A stretch of 63,545 nucleotides of DNA, the filler included, from Reticulomyxa filosa (lineage: Eukaryota; Protista; Foraminifera): NCBI GenBank assembly GCA_000512085.1. It is 19 parts of 19 records of this genome, joined end to end, with 100 filler letters (N's around TTAATTAATTAA, not from the genome) between each part and the next. Parts side by side here need not be neighbours in the genome. Positions count along the whole stretch, not along the records: positions 11,280 to 18,612 come from ASPP01017350.1; positions 18,713 to 19,805 come from ASPP01008093.1; positions 19,906 to 21,517 come from ASPP01043790.1; positions 21,618 to 23,465 come from ASPP01027300.1; positions 23,566 to 28,799 come from ASPP01013469.1; 14 more parts are not named here. One strand, written 5' to 3'. Numbering within the stretch: the stretch's first letter is position 1; every line of letters begins with the position of its first letter. Made by a program: the position numbers and the translations under genes. Shown piece by piece: positions 11,370 through 23,567 of this stretch. A model generated the notes under the pieces. The model did no database searches, was not told the DNA's origin, and worked only from the letters and a program-made list of their open reading frames with translations.

Positions 11370-14300
11370 TCTCTCAGATTTAAAGCAAGAACTTTGGTAT
11401 TGCTTTTCATTGTCGTCATCCTTTTTCTCCACGTCAATTTTTTTTTCGGATTTCTTGGCTGCAGGTGGTTTCTTGTCGTCATTTTTGTGGTCAGCCAACA
11501 CGTTTCCTTCACTGACCATAATCCTGAGGTTCCGGTCACTGTCAGCACCATCCTCCATATCTGACACATTGCTGTTTTGTATCTGATGCATCGCCGGCTT
11601 CAGCATTTGATCTTTCGACAGCTCTCTTTGCACCAAAGGACTGTGCTGTGGCGATTTTGGAGCGTTGGAGAATGACCGCTGTGATTTTGATATTCCATGT
11701 GGCGAAGAAGGTTCGATACGCGCATCTTTCGGTTCCATCATCAGCAAACGGCTCAACTATTGCCAATCACATTATTTTTTAAAAATCCTGCTTGCAAAAA
11801 AAAAAAAATAAACTGTTTCCTCCCCCCCCCCCCCTTTTGGACACAACTTTTGGATCAAGTTTGACTTCATCTGGATATTTTGTAATTATTTTGTTTGCCC
11901 TGTCGAGCAGCTGTGACAAATTTGTCACTGTGACGACCATGCCATCTTCGAATAAATCAGGTTCACGTTTGAATGCAGGATATATGTTATTTTGCTAATA
12001 CAAACACAAAAAAGGGCATTTATCTTTTTTTCCTCTCACAATCTCATTGATATAGACACAAACAAGATTACCATAGCACGTGATTTGTGAGATGTGATTT
12101 TGTACTCGTGTTTGGTTAGCAATAGTACGAGCTCGTGGGCTGCTTGCGCAACAACGTCACTGTCCGAAGATGTTAGGGCCACGCACCGAGAAAAGGTGTC
12201 ATCAAAGCACTGTTTCGGCATTCAAATCAAGTCAACTCATTGCAAAAAAAAGTGTGTGTGTGTGTGTGTGTAATCAAGACCTTGACAGGTCATTGCCACT
12301 GTTGCGTGTGTTTTTCTGTAACTGATATCACTTCTTGAAAAATATTCAATTGCTTGCATTGCTTGAGCAGTCTCGGAACGAACAATCCTAAGGCTTGAAT
12401 GCATCCCAATTTCTGCAAGTCATCGCCAACGTCAAGACAGACTGAAAAGACTCGAGCCAATGTCGCCGCTTGAGTGGGTATAAACAAGTCGATCAAAGCT
12501 TGACAAAAATCTCCAAGTGCGTGGTGAATGGACGGTTCTTCCGATGTCAAGCATGCTTTCAATGTTGTTGCGATGTGGGTCATTACATCAAAGATCTTTT
12601 GTTTATTATTATTATTGTTGTTGTTGTTATTGTCATTGTTATAAGTTGTATCTATTGTATACCATTTCAAACAACAACAAAAAAAGACGCAACTGAAACA
12701 TAAGTGGATCTAAAGTTGGAATCGATTTTGGACCAAGTAGGCAAAGGATACTTCATCAACTGATCTTGGTTATCAAAATCAATATCTCTCAGACTTACAT
12801 TTTCCCCATTTTTATCTTCCAGAATATTCTGTTGCATATACAGCGCCAACAATGTGAACAATCGAACATTCTTTTCTCGAAGCTTTTTGCCCTTTTCCGC
12901 GCGCCTAAATATAGATGAAGACCAGCGACAAACAATTTTTTAAAAAATAAAACAAAACAAAGTAAAGACATAGATGAAACATAGATAATAAAATGAATGG
13001 TTCAAACTTTCTTAAAATTTCAGCTCTTTCAATGGGATCAACCGTGTCCAAGTCGTCTTCCTCGTCGTCATCCATATGTAGCAAATTCGTGTTTTGGTTT
13101 TCATCCAAAGATATATGGATTGAATCTGGTTCGTTGGGGAAGGATCCATCTCGATTTGATTTGCCATTGTTACGGGTTCTTCCGATGTAGTGTCCCAATT
13201 GATCAATGGAAAAATATTGCGGATGCAAGACAGTGCATGCGTAAGGCAGGAAGAAGGCGATATTAGCGGGGAGTCGCGAATACAAATTACGGTCGTGCAA
13301 CACATCACAGCGCACAAGCCAGCAGCATGTGAGGACCATCATAGCGTCGACAGAGAGCGGGGCAGGCGATGAATCTCCAACGCTGTAAATCAATGAGGAT
13401 ATAAGTCTTTCTTGAATTCCTTGGAAATTGGGTTGGAACAATTTATACAAGTCCCAAAACATGTTCAATGACGGACTGTCTTTGCGAATGCGTGTTCCGT
13501 CGGATGTCTTGGAATGTTGGAACAGCCACGTTATCCATTTCTTGTGGGTCATTACATGATGTAGCAGCTTTATTTAGTTTTTATGTATTTATTTATTTAT
13601 TTTTATTTTTAGCACGTCCATTGATTGTAATCACATAAATAGATAAATAAATAAATAAATATGTACATATATAATATGTACATATACAGACAAAACTTTT
13701 CGTGCAGCGATTTGTATTGCAGCAATTCGACATTGAAGTAACGACAAAGCGACCCAAAAAATGATTAAAATAATTCGAAACAGAGACTTGGACCATTCCT
13801 TTTTGGTTTGCACTATGACTGTAAGCGTTTCAATGCCACGAACGGCAAGCAGTATGTCATTATCGGCACGTGCATACCGTTGCTCTACCGGATACGAATT
13901 CCAAAACTTTTGACTGCCTTTCAAACCTCGAACAATTGTCTGCAACACCATAATCACGACTTTCAATGTCAAGGGCTCCGTGACAATACAATACAAGCGC
14001 AACGCGCGACTTGCTATTTGTCTTGCTTTGAATACGGTGTCGTGTTCGCTCAAATCCACCTCCACAGTTGCCCATTGCAAACAACGCAAGCCCCAGGCAT
14101 TGGCCGCCTCTTTGGTGCCATAACGCACTTTGTAGCACGCGTAAAGCAAACGGGCAAGTTCCTCCACATAGATAATAGTCTTTCGAGCAAACCATTTGTG
14201 CAAACTCAGTCGCGGCCCATCTTCATTGAACGAGGCTTCCACTTCCGCAGTTATCTGATCAGTCGCCCAAGGTTCGGAGTCGGTGATCGGCTGTTCGCTC

Positions 14301-16743
14301 CATTGGAATTGATACGTCCGACGGTCCCTTAACCACATGGCCAGTTGAACGATCTCATCGTCAATGCCAATGCGCGGTGGCAGCATTGACGTGAACAGAT
14401 GTGACAATAGCTCGGCATTTGGATTGGCGAATTGTTCCATTGGTTTCGAGAGAAATAGTAAGCCATGCGTCATTATTACGGGGAGAGTGCAGCGAATGCG
14501 TTGCATATCTGTTTGGATTTGTTTGTTTATTGATTGATATATGTATCGTACATAAATAAGTAAATAAGTAAATAAATAAATAAATGAATAATATAAATAT
14601 AAATATAAATATATATATTTATATTTATATTTATATTTATATTTATATTTATATTTATATTATTCATTTATTTATTTCAATCAAAACTTCTTGTCGCAAG
14701 TGACGAAATCCATCGTATAACCACTTCAGTGACCAAATGTGCATATGGCTCTCCGCCTAGCAGCAATGAGCTATCCGTGTATCCACTGTTATCCCGTGCA
14801 ATTTGAATATGATCAGGATTGAGAAGCACGTGTCCGCCCAAGCCACAGCCGACACTGATGATTTGCAACAAACTGGACAAGACTGATTCGGGATGCGTGA
14901 CAAACACTTGTCGCAAGATGTTTTCGCACATGACGATGAACTGTTCGGGTGTGAGAACAGTTCGACGCATTTGGTCAATGACTCCCATATTCGGAGGTGC
15001 GGTGCTGCGATCCCGCACGTGTTCCAATTCTTTGGCGGACTTGCTCTTTCCGCTCACACTGAACAGCGATTTGGTTTTGTGTTTGACTTGCATTTCGTCT
15101 TGGAGCGCCTGTTTGGCCTGCATTTCAAAGCCGTCGATGCTTTTCAAATCTTGGCGATATCCCTCGTAGCGACCAATGACAGTGCGAATCAAGAAGCGCA
15201 CGGCGTCGTCAATGTTTTTGGGTTCGGGATGGGACATCAGCGTGGTATTACTGGTGAGTATGGCATGCCAGACACGATGGAATTGCGTATCGATTTCGGG
15301 TTTGCCTTCGTGTCCAAACTTGAGTGTCAGATTCAATAGGCGTTCCATATATCGTTCGGGATCATTGCAACTGTGCAAAGGAGCATTGGCAAACCACGGC
15401 AATGCAATTTGCAATAAGTTGCTTGTCAGAGTTAAATGATTGTCTTGCAATACCGGCGTCAATTTCCCCTGCTGTTCATATTGATGCATTCGTGCCGATA
15501 TGCGTTCCAACGTGGTGAGAATCTCGTCGATAATATCATGCGATATTTCGCTCGACGTCGCGTTGGCAAAGATCACCGAGATTTGCATGGCGTTGTGTCT
15601 TACGTCGCGTATATCCAAGGACTGCAATCCCATGCGGAGCTCGAACAATCGATCCAATGTCTCGTCCGAACGGCATATCTTTTTGGCCAGTTTGTAAAAC
15701 AGTCCAAACGCGCGACGACTCATATTGATCGCATGCATGATGTCATCAGCTACTCGAACAGCCGTGATAGCGTCATTGCGAGTATATCCGCCAGTGCCAA
15801 TCGAGCTGACATTTTCGTGGGATTGAGTAGCCATGCCACGAGCAATCAACGCCGGTGATAACAACTTTGGACGGGCAATGTGTTGACTGCCTTCTTCTTC
15901 GGCATACGCGACTGCTTTTTGCACGTCTTTGCTGGACAAGTTGACAGGCAGAGACAAGGCATACGTAGCTCCGTAGTTGTCCGAAGGCACGCCTCGAAAA
16001 GTGACCAAAGAGGAGGCATCTCTTCGATGTTGAGCCACTGCTTTTCCACTCATCAGCACTTGCTTATCCACAAATGGAATTAAATACAGCAGACAAAACA
16101 CAACCAATTGCTTGCAAATGGTCGCCGCATTCGCTTCCTCGTCGTCCTCATTTTCAATTTGTTCCGGTAAGTCCAATGACACAACCACGTCAAAGAATAT
16201 CTTGGCATTGCCATATCCGCCGCAGGCCAACTCTGAATACAACATTGACAGCACAGAATTTAAAATCAACGCGTAATAGTTTTTCATTAAGTACTTTAAC
16301 GACGGGATTCCTTCCTTTGTCCCTCGACTGCCCATTGGAACCACGACAATGTCTTCGAGTCTTCTCTCGGCAAAATGTCGTCTTTTTGCAACGCTGGGCC
16401 CAACGCCAATACCGCCGTGGCTGCTCGGAAGGCTTGGTATTCCAACTGCAATATCCGCAAGCGCAACTGTCGTTCCTGAGCTTGGTCCGCGTTTTTGTCC
16501 CGCAAAGGCTTGCGCTTGCCAAAGATTGCCGCTATCAGCTCTTTCCCTTCCGGTCCGTCGTCTGTGCTGCAATGGGACCAGATTTTCATTATCGTCAATA
16601 TCCGTGCTCGTTTCTGAGCATCCCAAAACTCGTGCAGCCATTTGATTTGCAATTCCTCTCCCACAACGCGCAATGCATATGCGACGTTTTCGACAACTGA
16701 CAAAGCAAGGGAGATTTGTCATTCCCATTAAATACAGTTTTTA

Positions 16744-16774
<31 letters not shown>

Positions 16775-18612
16775 AAAAACGTATACGTACATATACACAT
16801 ATTAATGTACATATAAAAATAAATAATTAAACTTCTGGCAATACAGCGAAAAACTTCAGGGTCACCATTACAATGCTGGAGCAAATGTTTGTCATCCAAA
16901 TCATTGCAAAACTGGATCAATTCAATATGCAAGTATTCGTTTTTTTTTTTGGCATTGTTTTGATGATTGTCCAAGTACGTTTCCAGTTCTTGTCGGAACA
17001 CTTGACACAGTCGCTCCTTTGTAGTGAGCGCCAGGATGACATAGTTGTAAACCCACACTCGACGACAGTTGGCAAAGAAGATTTGTGTCATCTTGCTTTT
17101 TTTGATGCGACCTTTGGGTTGTTGGAAGTTGGTGGTGTACCAAAGTCGCAGCGACTTGAAGAGTTGGGACAGACGACTGGGATGAGCACATTGAACGGCA
17201 TACAAAATGGTATTGAGCAACTGCGAGTCGTTTTCGCGTGAAAACCTCCACAATTGCACCCATATGCTATTATAGAATTCGATTTCGTCCAGGCCGTTAT
17301 CGCTATAGCCAATGAGTGGAATGAGCGCAATGCACATGCTTCCCAGTACTTCTCTCTCGGCCGACTTTTCATCCACGGCCAGCCATTTTTCCTGTAGAAG
17401 GATTTCTTGACAGCAATCAACACGAAGGAACTTCATGTAATCGCTGCCTTCGGCACATAGCTGTTCAATTTGCTCGACGATAACGTCCATGCACGCGCTG
17501 TAAGGAGCAAAGTCGTTTGGATCGAGCAAGGCTCTCAGCACTCCATGTGTGGGATCGTATTCGGTATTGGTGTGATACTTTTCCATGAAATTGGGTTCAA
17601 AGTCAGAAATGGTTAGTTTGATATTGTCCTGATGATGTTTGAACTTGGTCAAAGCGCGATGGACAATGATATCGGAATACAATTCGAATAGTTGTCCGAG
17701 GGAAGAAGGGAAGGACAATTGCGACTGCTGTTTGTCCGGTGATTTGTCGGCAAAGTAATATGCGATCAAATGTCGCATTGCTTTCTGCACGGCCTGCACC
17801 AACTCCACACAGGCGTATCGAACGTAGATATTGGTATGACATAAGAAGGCAAAAGCGACGGCATCAAGACGATGCAAGGCCACACATAAATCCTCCACCG
17901 TTTGCTTCTGCGACACTACTTCGACACGCTTTTGCTCGGGGAATTCGGCAAACACCATCACCAACTTGGTCAGCGTTTGCAACAGCACGCTGATGCATGC
18001 TGACTCGTGAATGTAGAATTGCAACGTGAAATTCGTCAACGAGATCAGCAGTCTCGGCAACAGGATCTTCTCTTGTTTCGCCACTTCGATCAATACGCTG
18101 ACAGCCAACTCGGTCGTCTCGTAGTCGGGATGCAACAACTGATTGCCAATGTACAACTTGTTGCCTTGCTTGGCATCGATCAGAATCGACGCCGGACGCA
18201 AAGCCAGCGATGCACGCAGACATGCCTTCAACACTTGCAGATACTCTCGACGATGTGACACCTTTGCTTTCTTGATCATGTCTTCCAATGCGTTGTTGTC
18301 GGCGTGCTTTTGTCGCAGATTCAAAATCTGCTTGGCCGTCTTGTTGTTCTGCACAAACGCGATCTTCAATAGATCTTTGTTCTGCAACGACACGTATGCA
18401 GGGTCGTTGATTATCGCATCTTCGCGTTTCTTCTCGTCCTGCGACTCGTCCGCCATCGTCTTCTTCTCGTCGTCCTGGTCTCCACGGCTGTTCCATAGCA
18501 GCAGATTGTTGTCGTCGTCGTTCTGTGACAAGTCTAGCCGATGAATCGGGATCGAAGTGGATCGAGTTACCATGATGTATCCTCCATTGTCATTCTCACT
18601 ATTATTATTATT
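11370..18612 (-). CDS. FRY: Furry/MOR2/Tao3/PAG1 HEAT-Armadillo scaffold of NDR-kinase pathways (multi-exon, both ends truncated)
   Basis: LHRLDAVAFAFLCHTNIYVRYACVELV resembles MOR2-PAG1_N. WGLRCLQWAT...ASRALRLYCIV and IFWVALSLL resemble MOR2-PAG1_C. There are long exons 18573-~16800, ~16710-14680 and 14508-~13695 plus smaller ones, and a one-base frameshift at ~16310. Confidence 0.75.
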
Positions 18613-18762
18613 NNNNNNNNNNNNNNNNNNNNNNNNNNNNNNNNNNNNNNNNNNNNTTAATTAATTAANNNNNNNNNNNNNNNNNNNNNNNNNNNNNNNN
18701 NNNNNNNNNNNNTCTTCTTTTTTTTTTTTTAAAAAAAAAAATAAAAAATAAAAATAAAATTG

Positions 18763-19631
18763 ACCAGTTTGTAATAACCCATCATAATGGAATAGGTATT
18801 GCTATTTGGATGTTCTCCGTCGATTTGCATCATTTGATCAAACAATTTTAAGGCATTTCGTGCTTCTTTTTTTTTAATATAGCCTTCAATGACACTATTA
18901 TACATTTCCTATATTTCACAAATGCAAGCATGCAAATTCAAAAGCGCGCCAGCAAAAACGAATAAGAACAAAGGGAGGAGGGAATCCAAACTAACCACAT
19001 CGACTCGATGATGTGGAGTCGTGGCTTTCAAATAGTTCAAAATATTGTGTGCGTCTTTGGGAAGTCCTTTGCGAGTATAGGCTTGCGCCAAATAACAATA
19101 ACTTTGCTGACTTGGATTATACCCATCGTTTCCCATTTCCCGAAGAACGTCAGTGCAAATATCTGGATTGCAATGGTATGCAGCTGCTTTCAATAGCAGA
19201 TGATAGGTTTCGAGATTGGGCTTCATAAGCACCGTGTCGTCTTTAAGTTGGTTCAATTCTCTTATTCGACGTTTGTCCGTGTCCAAAAGCAGTGATGGGT
19301 CACGCTTCGACTGTTGTTGGTAGTACTGCAACAGTGGATCGTATTCCTCGATCATGTCGTTATGATGTCGCAATGTCGTTTGCGATTGCAATCGTTTATA
19401 CGTTTCCAAAACTTTCAAAAATTCTTCATTGCGTTTCTTCATTCCATCGATTGTCGTTGCCAGGTTTTTATAATGACTGTGATAAATTTGCGCGTCTAAT
19501 AATAGATTCCACGACTCAATTCGGTCTTGTGGCATTTTCGTTTGTTCAAAGAAAAGATCTTCTTCAATTGGGTATTGTTCCAAATGCTTGTCTGTGTTTT
19601 CCACTATTGCACGTGGATCTGGAGACAACAC
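18763..19631 (-). CDS. Pentatricopeptide-repeat (PPR) protein, internal part
   Basis: 35-aa repeats PNLETYHLLLKAAAYHCNPDICTDVLREMGNDGYN and PSQQSYCYLAQAYTRKGLPKDAHNILNYL; the next exon is VIEGYIKKKEARNALKLFDQMMQIDGEHPNSNTYSIMM. Confidence 0.88.
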
Positions 19632-19905
19632 ATCCTTTATTATTATTTATTTTATTTTATTTTATTTTTTTTTAAGTAATCCCTCCCCCCCCCCCAAAAA
19701 AAAAGAAAAAGGTTGGAGTGTAACAAGAATTTTCTTGCTTTTTCTTGGCTTTTTTTTTATAAAAAAAAAAATGAAAAGGAAACTTTGTAAATCTGTCGAT
19801 GCAAANNNNNNNNNNNNNNNNNNNNNNNNNNNNNNNNNNNNNNNNNNNNTTAATTAATTAANNNNNNNNNNNNNNNNNNNNNNNNNNNNNNNNNNNNNNN
19901 NNNNN

Positions 19906-20810
19906 CAAAATCGTCGAAAAAGTCAAGTCGTTTCGACAAAACAAGAATCATCAAGCCAAAGTCCGAAAATTTTTTTTTTACTAGTAAAATTAATTTTTAT
20001 ATTGATTAAAATTTTTTTTTTATAGTAGTTGGATTTTGTGATATTGTTAGTATTGTGTGATTTTTAACCTTTTTCACCATTTGGCAATGTTTTTATTGCA
20101 ATTCATTTTCGGGGGGCTATTGTCATCGGTTCTGCATCTTGAGTGTTGTATGACTGTGAGAGGTGGAAGTGCTTTAAAACTTACAGCGTATATTGACCTC
20201 AGTTGCTTTAAGTGTACCGAGATGCAAACTCCTTTACTGGCAACGGGCGGCTTGTGTGAGAGGGTATCGATCCTAGCTTAGCCTTAAGAGTGTTCGACGC
20301 CTTCCGGGAAATTGGCAATCTCGAGGCAAATACCAGTCTTTTGTTTTTGGCAGAACTCCGAGGGTCGGGTAACTTCTACTGAACCTCGGGCAAAACCGAA
20401 ACCCACTCGCTGATAACAAGGCTTGTGAAGGCGATTCGGACGGTCGATGCAAGGTGTTTTAACCCTAATAGGCTATACTGCAAGCCATGTTGGGACAAAA
20501 TACTCCACATGGAATTGAATCAAGCATCCGATCTAATGGTAATGCAGACATGTTAACTACACTTCCTAACATGTCTGACTCTAGTGATTATTAAATGCCA
20601 GCATGCATAGTGGCATTGGAGTTGGAAATGGAATTGGACATGAAGAAAAGAAGATTGAAGAAGTGACATTTGAAAATGTGTGGAAAAAGAATATGAAAGT
20701 GCGACGGCAATTATGTGTTCTAACACTCCAACGATTGTAGTCACAAATATCAAATCCAAAGAACTAAAGATACAAAGAAAATACTTTCAAAGAAATTTTT
20801 TTTTACTAGT
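19906..20810 (+). repeat. Dispersed repeat family with decayed coding segment (copy 2)
   Basis: Homologous to 250-1270. Frameshifted reading: LKLTAYIDLSCFK..LLATGGLCERV..LALRVFDAFREIGN..VFGRTPRVG*LLLNLGQNRNPLADNKACEG..MLGQNTPHGIESSIRSNGNADML..EEKKIEEVTFENVWK..EYESATAIMCSNTPTIVVTNIKSKE. T-run-ACTAGT motifs lie at ~19980 and ~20805. Confidence 0.85.
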
Positions 20811-21249
20811 CAGATATCTGATATTGCGATTTTGCGCGAGATCAGATATACACAAGATAACAAACGAAACATCCAACTGAACAGTCGACACAAAATAATA
20901 GCAAGAAAGAATATCGAACAAAAATTAGTAACTTTTCTATTAAATAAGCCGAAATGGCAATAGCAACATTCACATGCTTTTCTTTAATAATAATTGTTTA
21001 GTTTGCTTTAATTTGTTAAAAGAGGTGAATTGAATCTCAATATTTTTCTGAAACTTCAACACTTCAAAAACAAGGGTCAGACTTTTGTAAGTAGTTTGTA
21101 AAAACAATAAACAAAAATTTAGAAAAGTTGTTGGAAGAAAAAAATTTATTTGCTTTTTACAAAATTATTTACAAGAAGAGGCTTCCACAGTAGATATAAT
21201 AACTACCGTTACAAACAAATAAAAACAAACAAAAACACCAACAAAAATT

Positions 21250-21517
21250 TTAATATTTCGTATGCCCACCCCTTAATCAAAGCTTTGTCCTATTGTCAAT
21301 CTCTTCCCATTCTTTATCAAACATTTTCCAAAGCTGTTCCAAAAATGTAATTTCATATTTTGGTGGATCTTCATCTTTATAATTCGCCACAGATTTTCGA
21401 TTGGATTGAGGTCTGTGCTCTGCGGAGGATGTTCTAAGAGCGCTATTCGATGATTCTCCAAAATTCCATAGTTGAGTTTGACTTGTGACAAGATGCATTG
21501 TCTTGCTGAAAAATAAA
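21250..21517 (-). mobile_element. Tc1-like (DD34E) transposase C-terminal fragment, frameshifted
   Basis: FIFQQDNASCHKS...LLEHPPQSTDLNPIENLW...WEEI...KGGHTKY*. Restoring one T at ~21461 gives 34 residues between the second catalytic D and the E. Confidence 0.9.
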
Positions 21518-21617
21518 NNNNNNNNNNNNNNNNNNNNNNNNNNNNNNNNNNNNNNNNNNNNTTAATTAATTAANNNNNNNNNNNNNNNNNNNNNNNNNNN
21601 NNNNNNNNNNNNNNNNN

Positions 21618-22900
21618 TTTTGTTGTCTTTGTATTCGTGTAGACGTAACCAAGCACCAACTACATGCGTTTGACGTTACAGCTCTCGCGACTGCTTTGGG
21701 ATACGGATTCCCCAATCAAAACTCCATGGTCGGGCGAAGTATAGGATCGATGACACGATCTATGTCGTGGACGAGCAGAGCTCATCAGCGCATGGTCCAA
21801 GACAAACATGGATGTTCCGGATCTCAATGCTTTTTTTTTTTTTTCGGAGAAAAAAAAAAAATGCTTGCTGGAAGATATTTATCGGGAAATAAATTTGACT
21901 GGCTCCACTCCCGAATTTGGAGGCAACAGATGTATCAAACGAGGAAAGGGGGCCCTTGGTATCGCGAACAAAAGTATTAATTCTTTTGTCGCTGCGACTG
22001 TGCTTTGCCAGGTATATTTGTCGTAACTGTTTTACTTTGTGATGAGTGAGTGAGATCTGTCTACAAGTGCTCACTTTCACTTTGACAATTCAATGCAAAG
22101 TTGTGTCATCAAACAAAATAGATGTGCGTATTCTACAATTTCCAATATCAGTGTCTCGTCGAGTGCTTTGGAAGTGGTGATTGATGATTATCGCGAATGT
22201 GAGGTTCCCCCCTACTCTGATCGCAGCAATGGCGTGTCGGCAACTTCTTTCTCCGATTACCAACTCCAACCTGTGGCATATTGTTGGGGGAAGAAAGAGA
22301 ATGGGAATGCCAATGTGTGCAGGCACCAAAGTTGCGCTATTGCCAAGGTATCGAATTTTGGAGCGCTTACTTTCAGCTCCAAGCGTCTATATTTTTATGA
22401 CCTGTGCGCGACAGCAGAAAGGTCCATTGATTGGAACTCCACGTACTTTCGATAATCGGCTTTAGTCGTTGGAGGCAATGCTGTAAGACTTTGTGTGGTG
22501 CATAATTCCTTGCTTGTCACACACTGACGGCAGACGGCAGACGAAAAGTTGTTTTTGTGATTGGCAACCGAAACACGTGAGTACAGATTTTTCAACCAAC
22601 TAGTGGACACAACAATATCACCAAACACGTGACCAAGCTGGAGGTTCCAACGCCGATACAGGACCAAACTAAATCATCAACACGTGATCAGACTGGGTCA
22701 CCAACATATGACCAAACACATGCGTCAAACTGGATCGCCAACGCATAACAATCTCAACCATTACCATATTGCAGAAATCCAACTCGCAGGCCGACGAAAG
22801 GTCCCAACAACATCGCCGATATCATGCGTCGCAACATAGAGTAAAAGTGGTATCTGTGGAGCAACTGTGTTTCGATGGCAGACCAAATGGTAAGGACCTT
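21618..22900 (+). pseudogene. Decayed gene with Pro/Thr-rich repeat remnants
   Basis: Coding-like composition but no sustained frame. Repeated ACCAAACAC(G/A)TG..CAAACTGG.TC.CCAAC units at ~22620-22745 resemble PT-rich stalk repeats. Confidence 0.35.
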
Positions 22901-23567
22901 CAGCTAAATGTGTAATATTTTTTTTTTTGGTGAAAACTCTGATTAAAAAAAAACAAGAGAGAAAAAATAAAAATCAAAACGGGAAAATAAATTAAATAAC
23001 AGTGGCATTGACATGCAATATCAGATTTGGACATGTAGTACATGCCAGAATGGAAGTGAATGATGTATCTAGTGACACTGGTGGTAAAAAGAAAAAATAG
23101 AGTACTAGCCGTTTTAAATTAATATTACTCTTCTAAAAAATGTATTGCTTTTACTTCTTTAGTATTGTGTTCGTAGTGTTTCATTGTGTACTGATCGTTT
23201 TGTGCTTGTTTTTTACTTTGTTTCTGCAACACAGGAAATAAAAAGTGTGTATGCTCTTCAATTTTTTTCTTAACGCTTATTTCTGCATAATTTAGTTAGG
23301 ACAAAAAAAAAAATCAAATAGCTAACCTTCCAAGATGTTGGCTGCCATCCAATTGGCATGCACGTAATACTTCTTCATTATTTGTATTGTTCATTCCACA
23401 AATATCGGTCCATCAAAACAAAATATTTGTTATTTATGCACTTTTCCTTGCATCTTGATTAAATTNNNNNNNNNNNNNNNNNNNNNNNNNNNNNNNNNNN
23501 NNNNNNNNNTTAATTAATTAANNNNNNNNNNNNNNNNNNNNNNNNNNNNNNNNNNNNNNNNNNNNGT

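Noticed and set aside
13808-18544. Many overlapping plus-strand and alternate-frame ORFs
   Set aside because: They are shadow ORFs of the GC-richer Furry exons.
21074-21100. Tc1-like TIR (GGGTCAGACTTTTGTAAGTAGTTTGTA)
   Set aside because: It is in the wrong orientation to be the 3' TIR of the adjacent minus-strand transposase, and no partner is visible.
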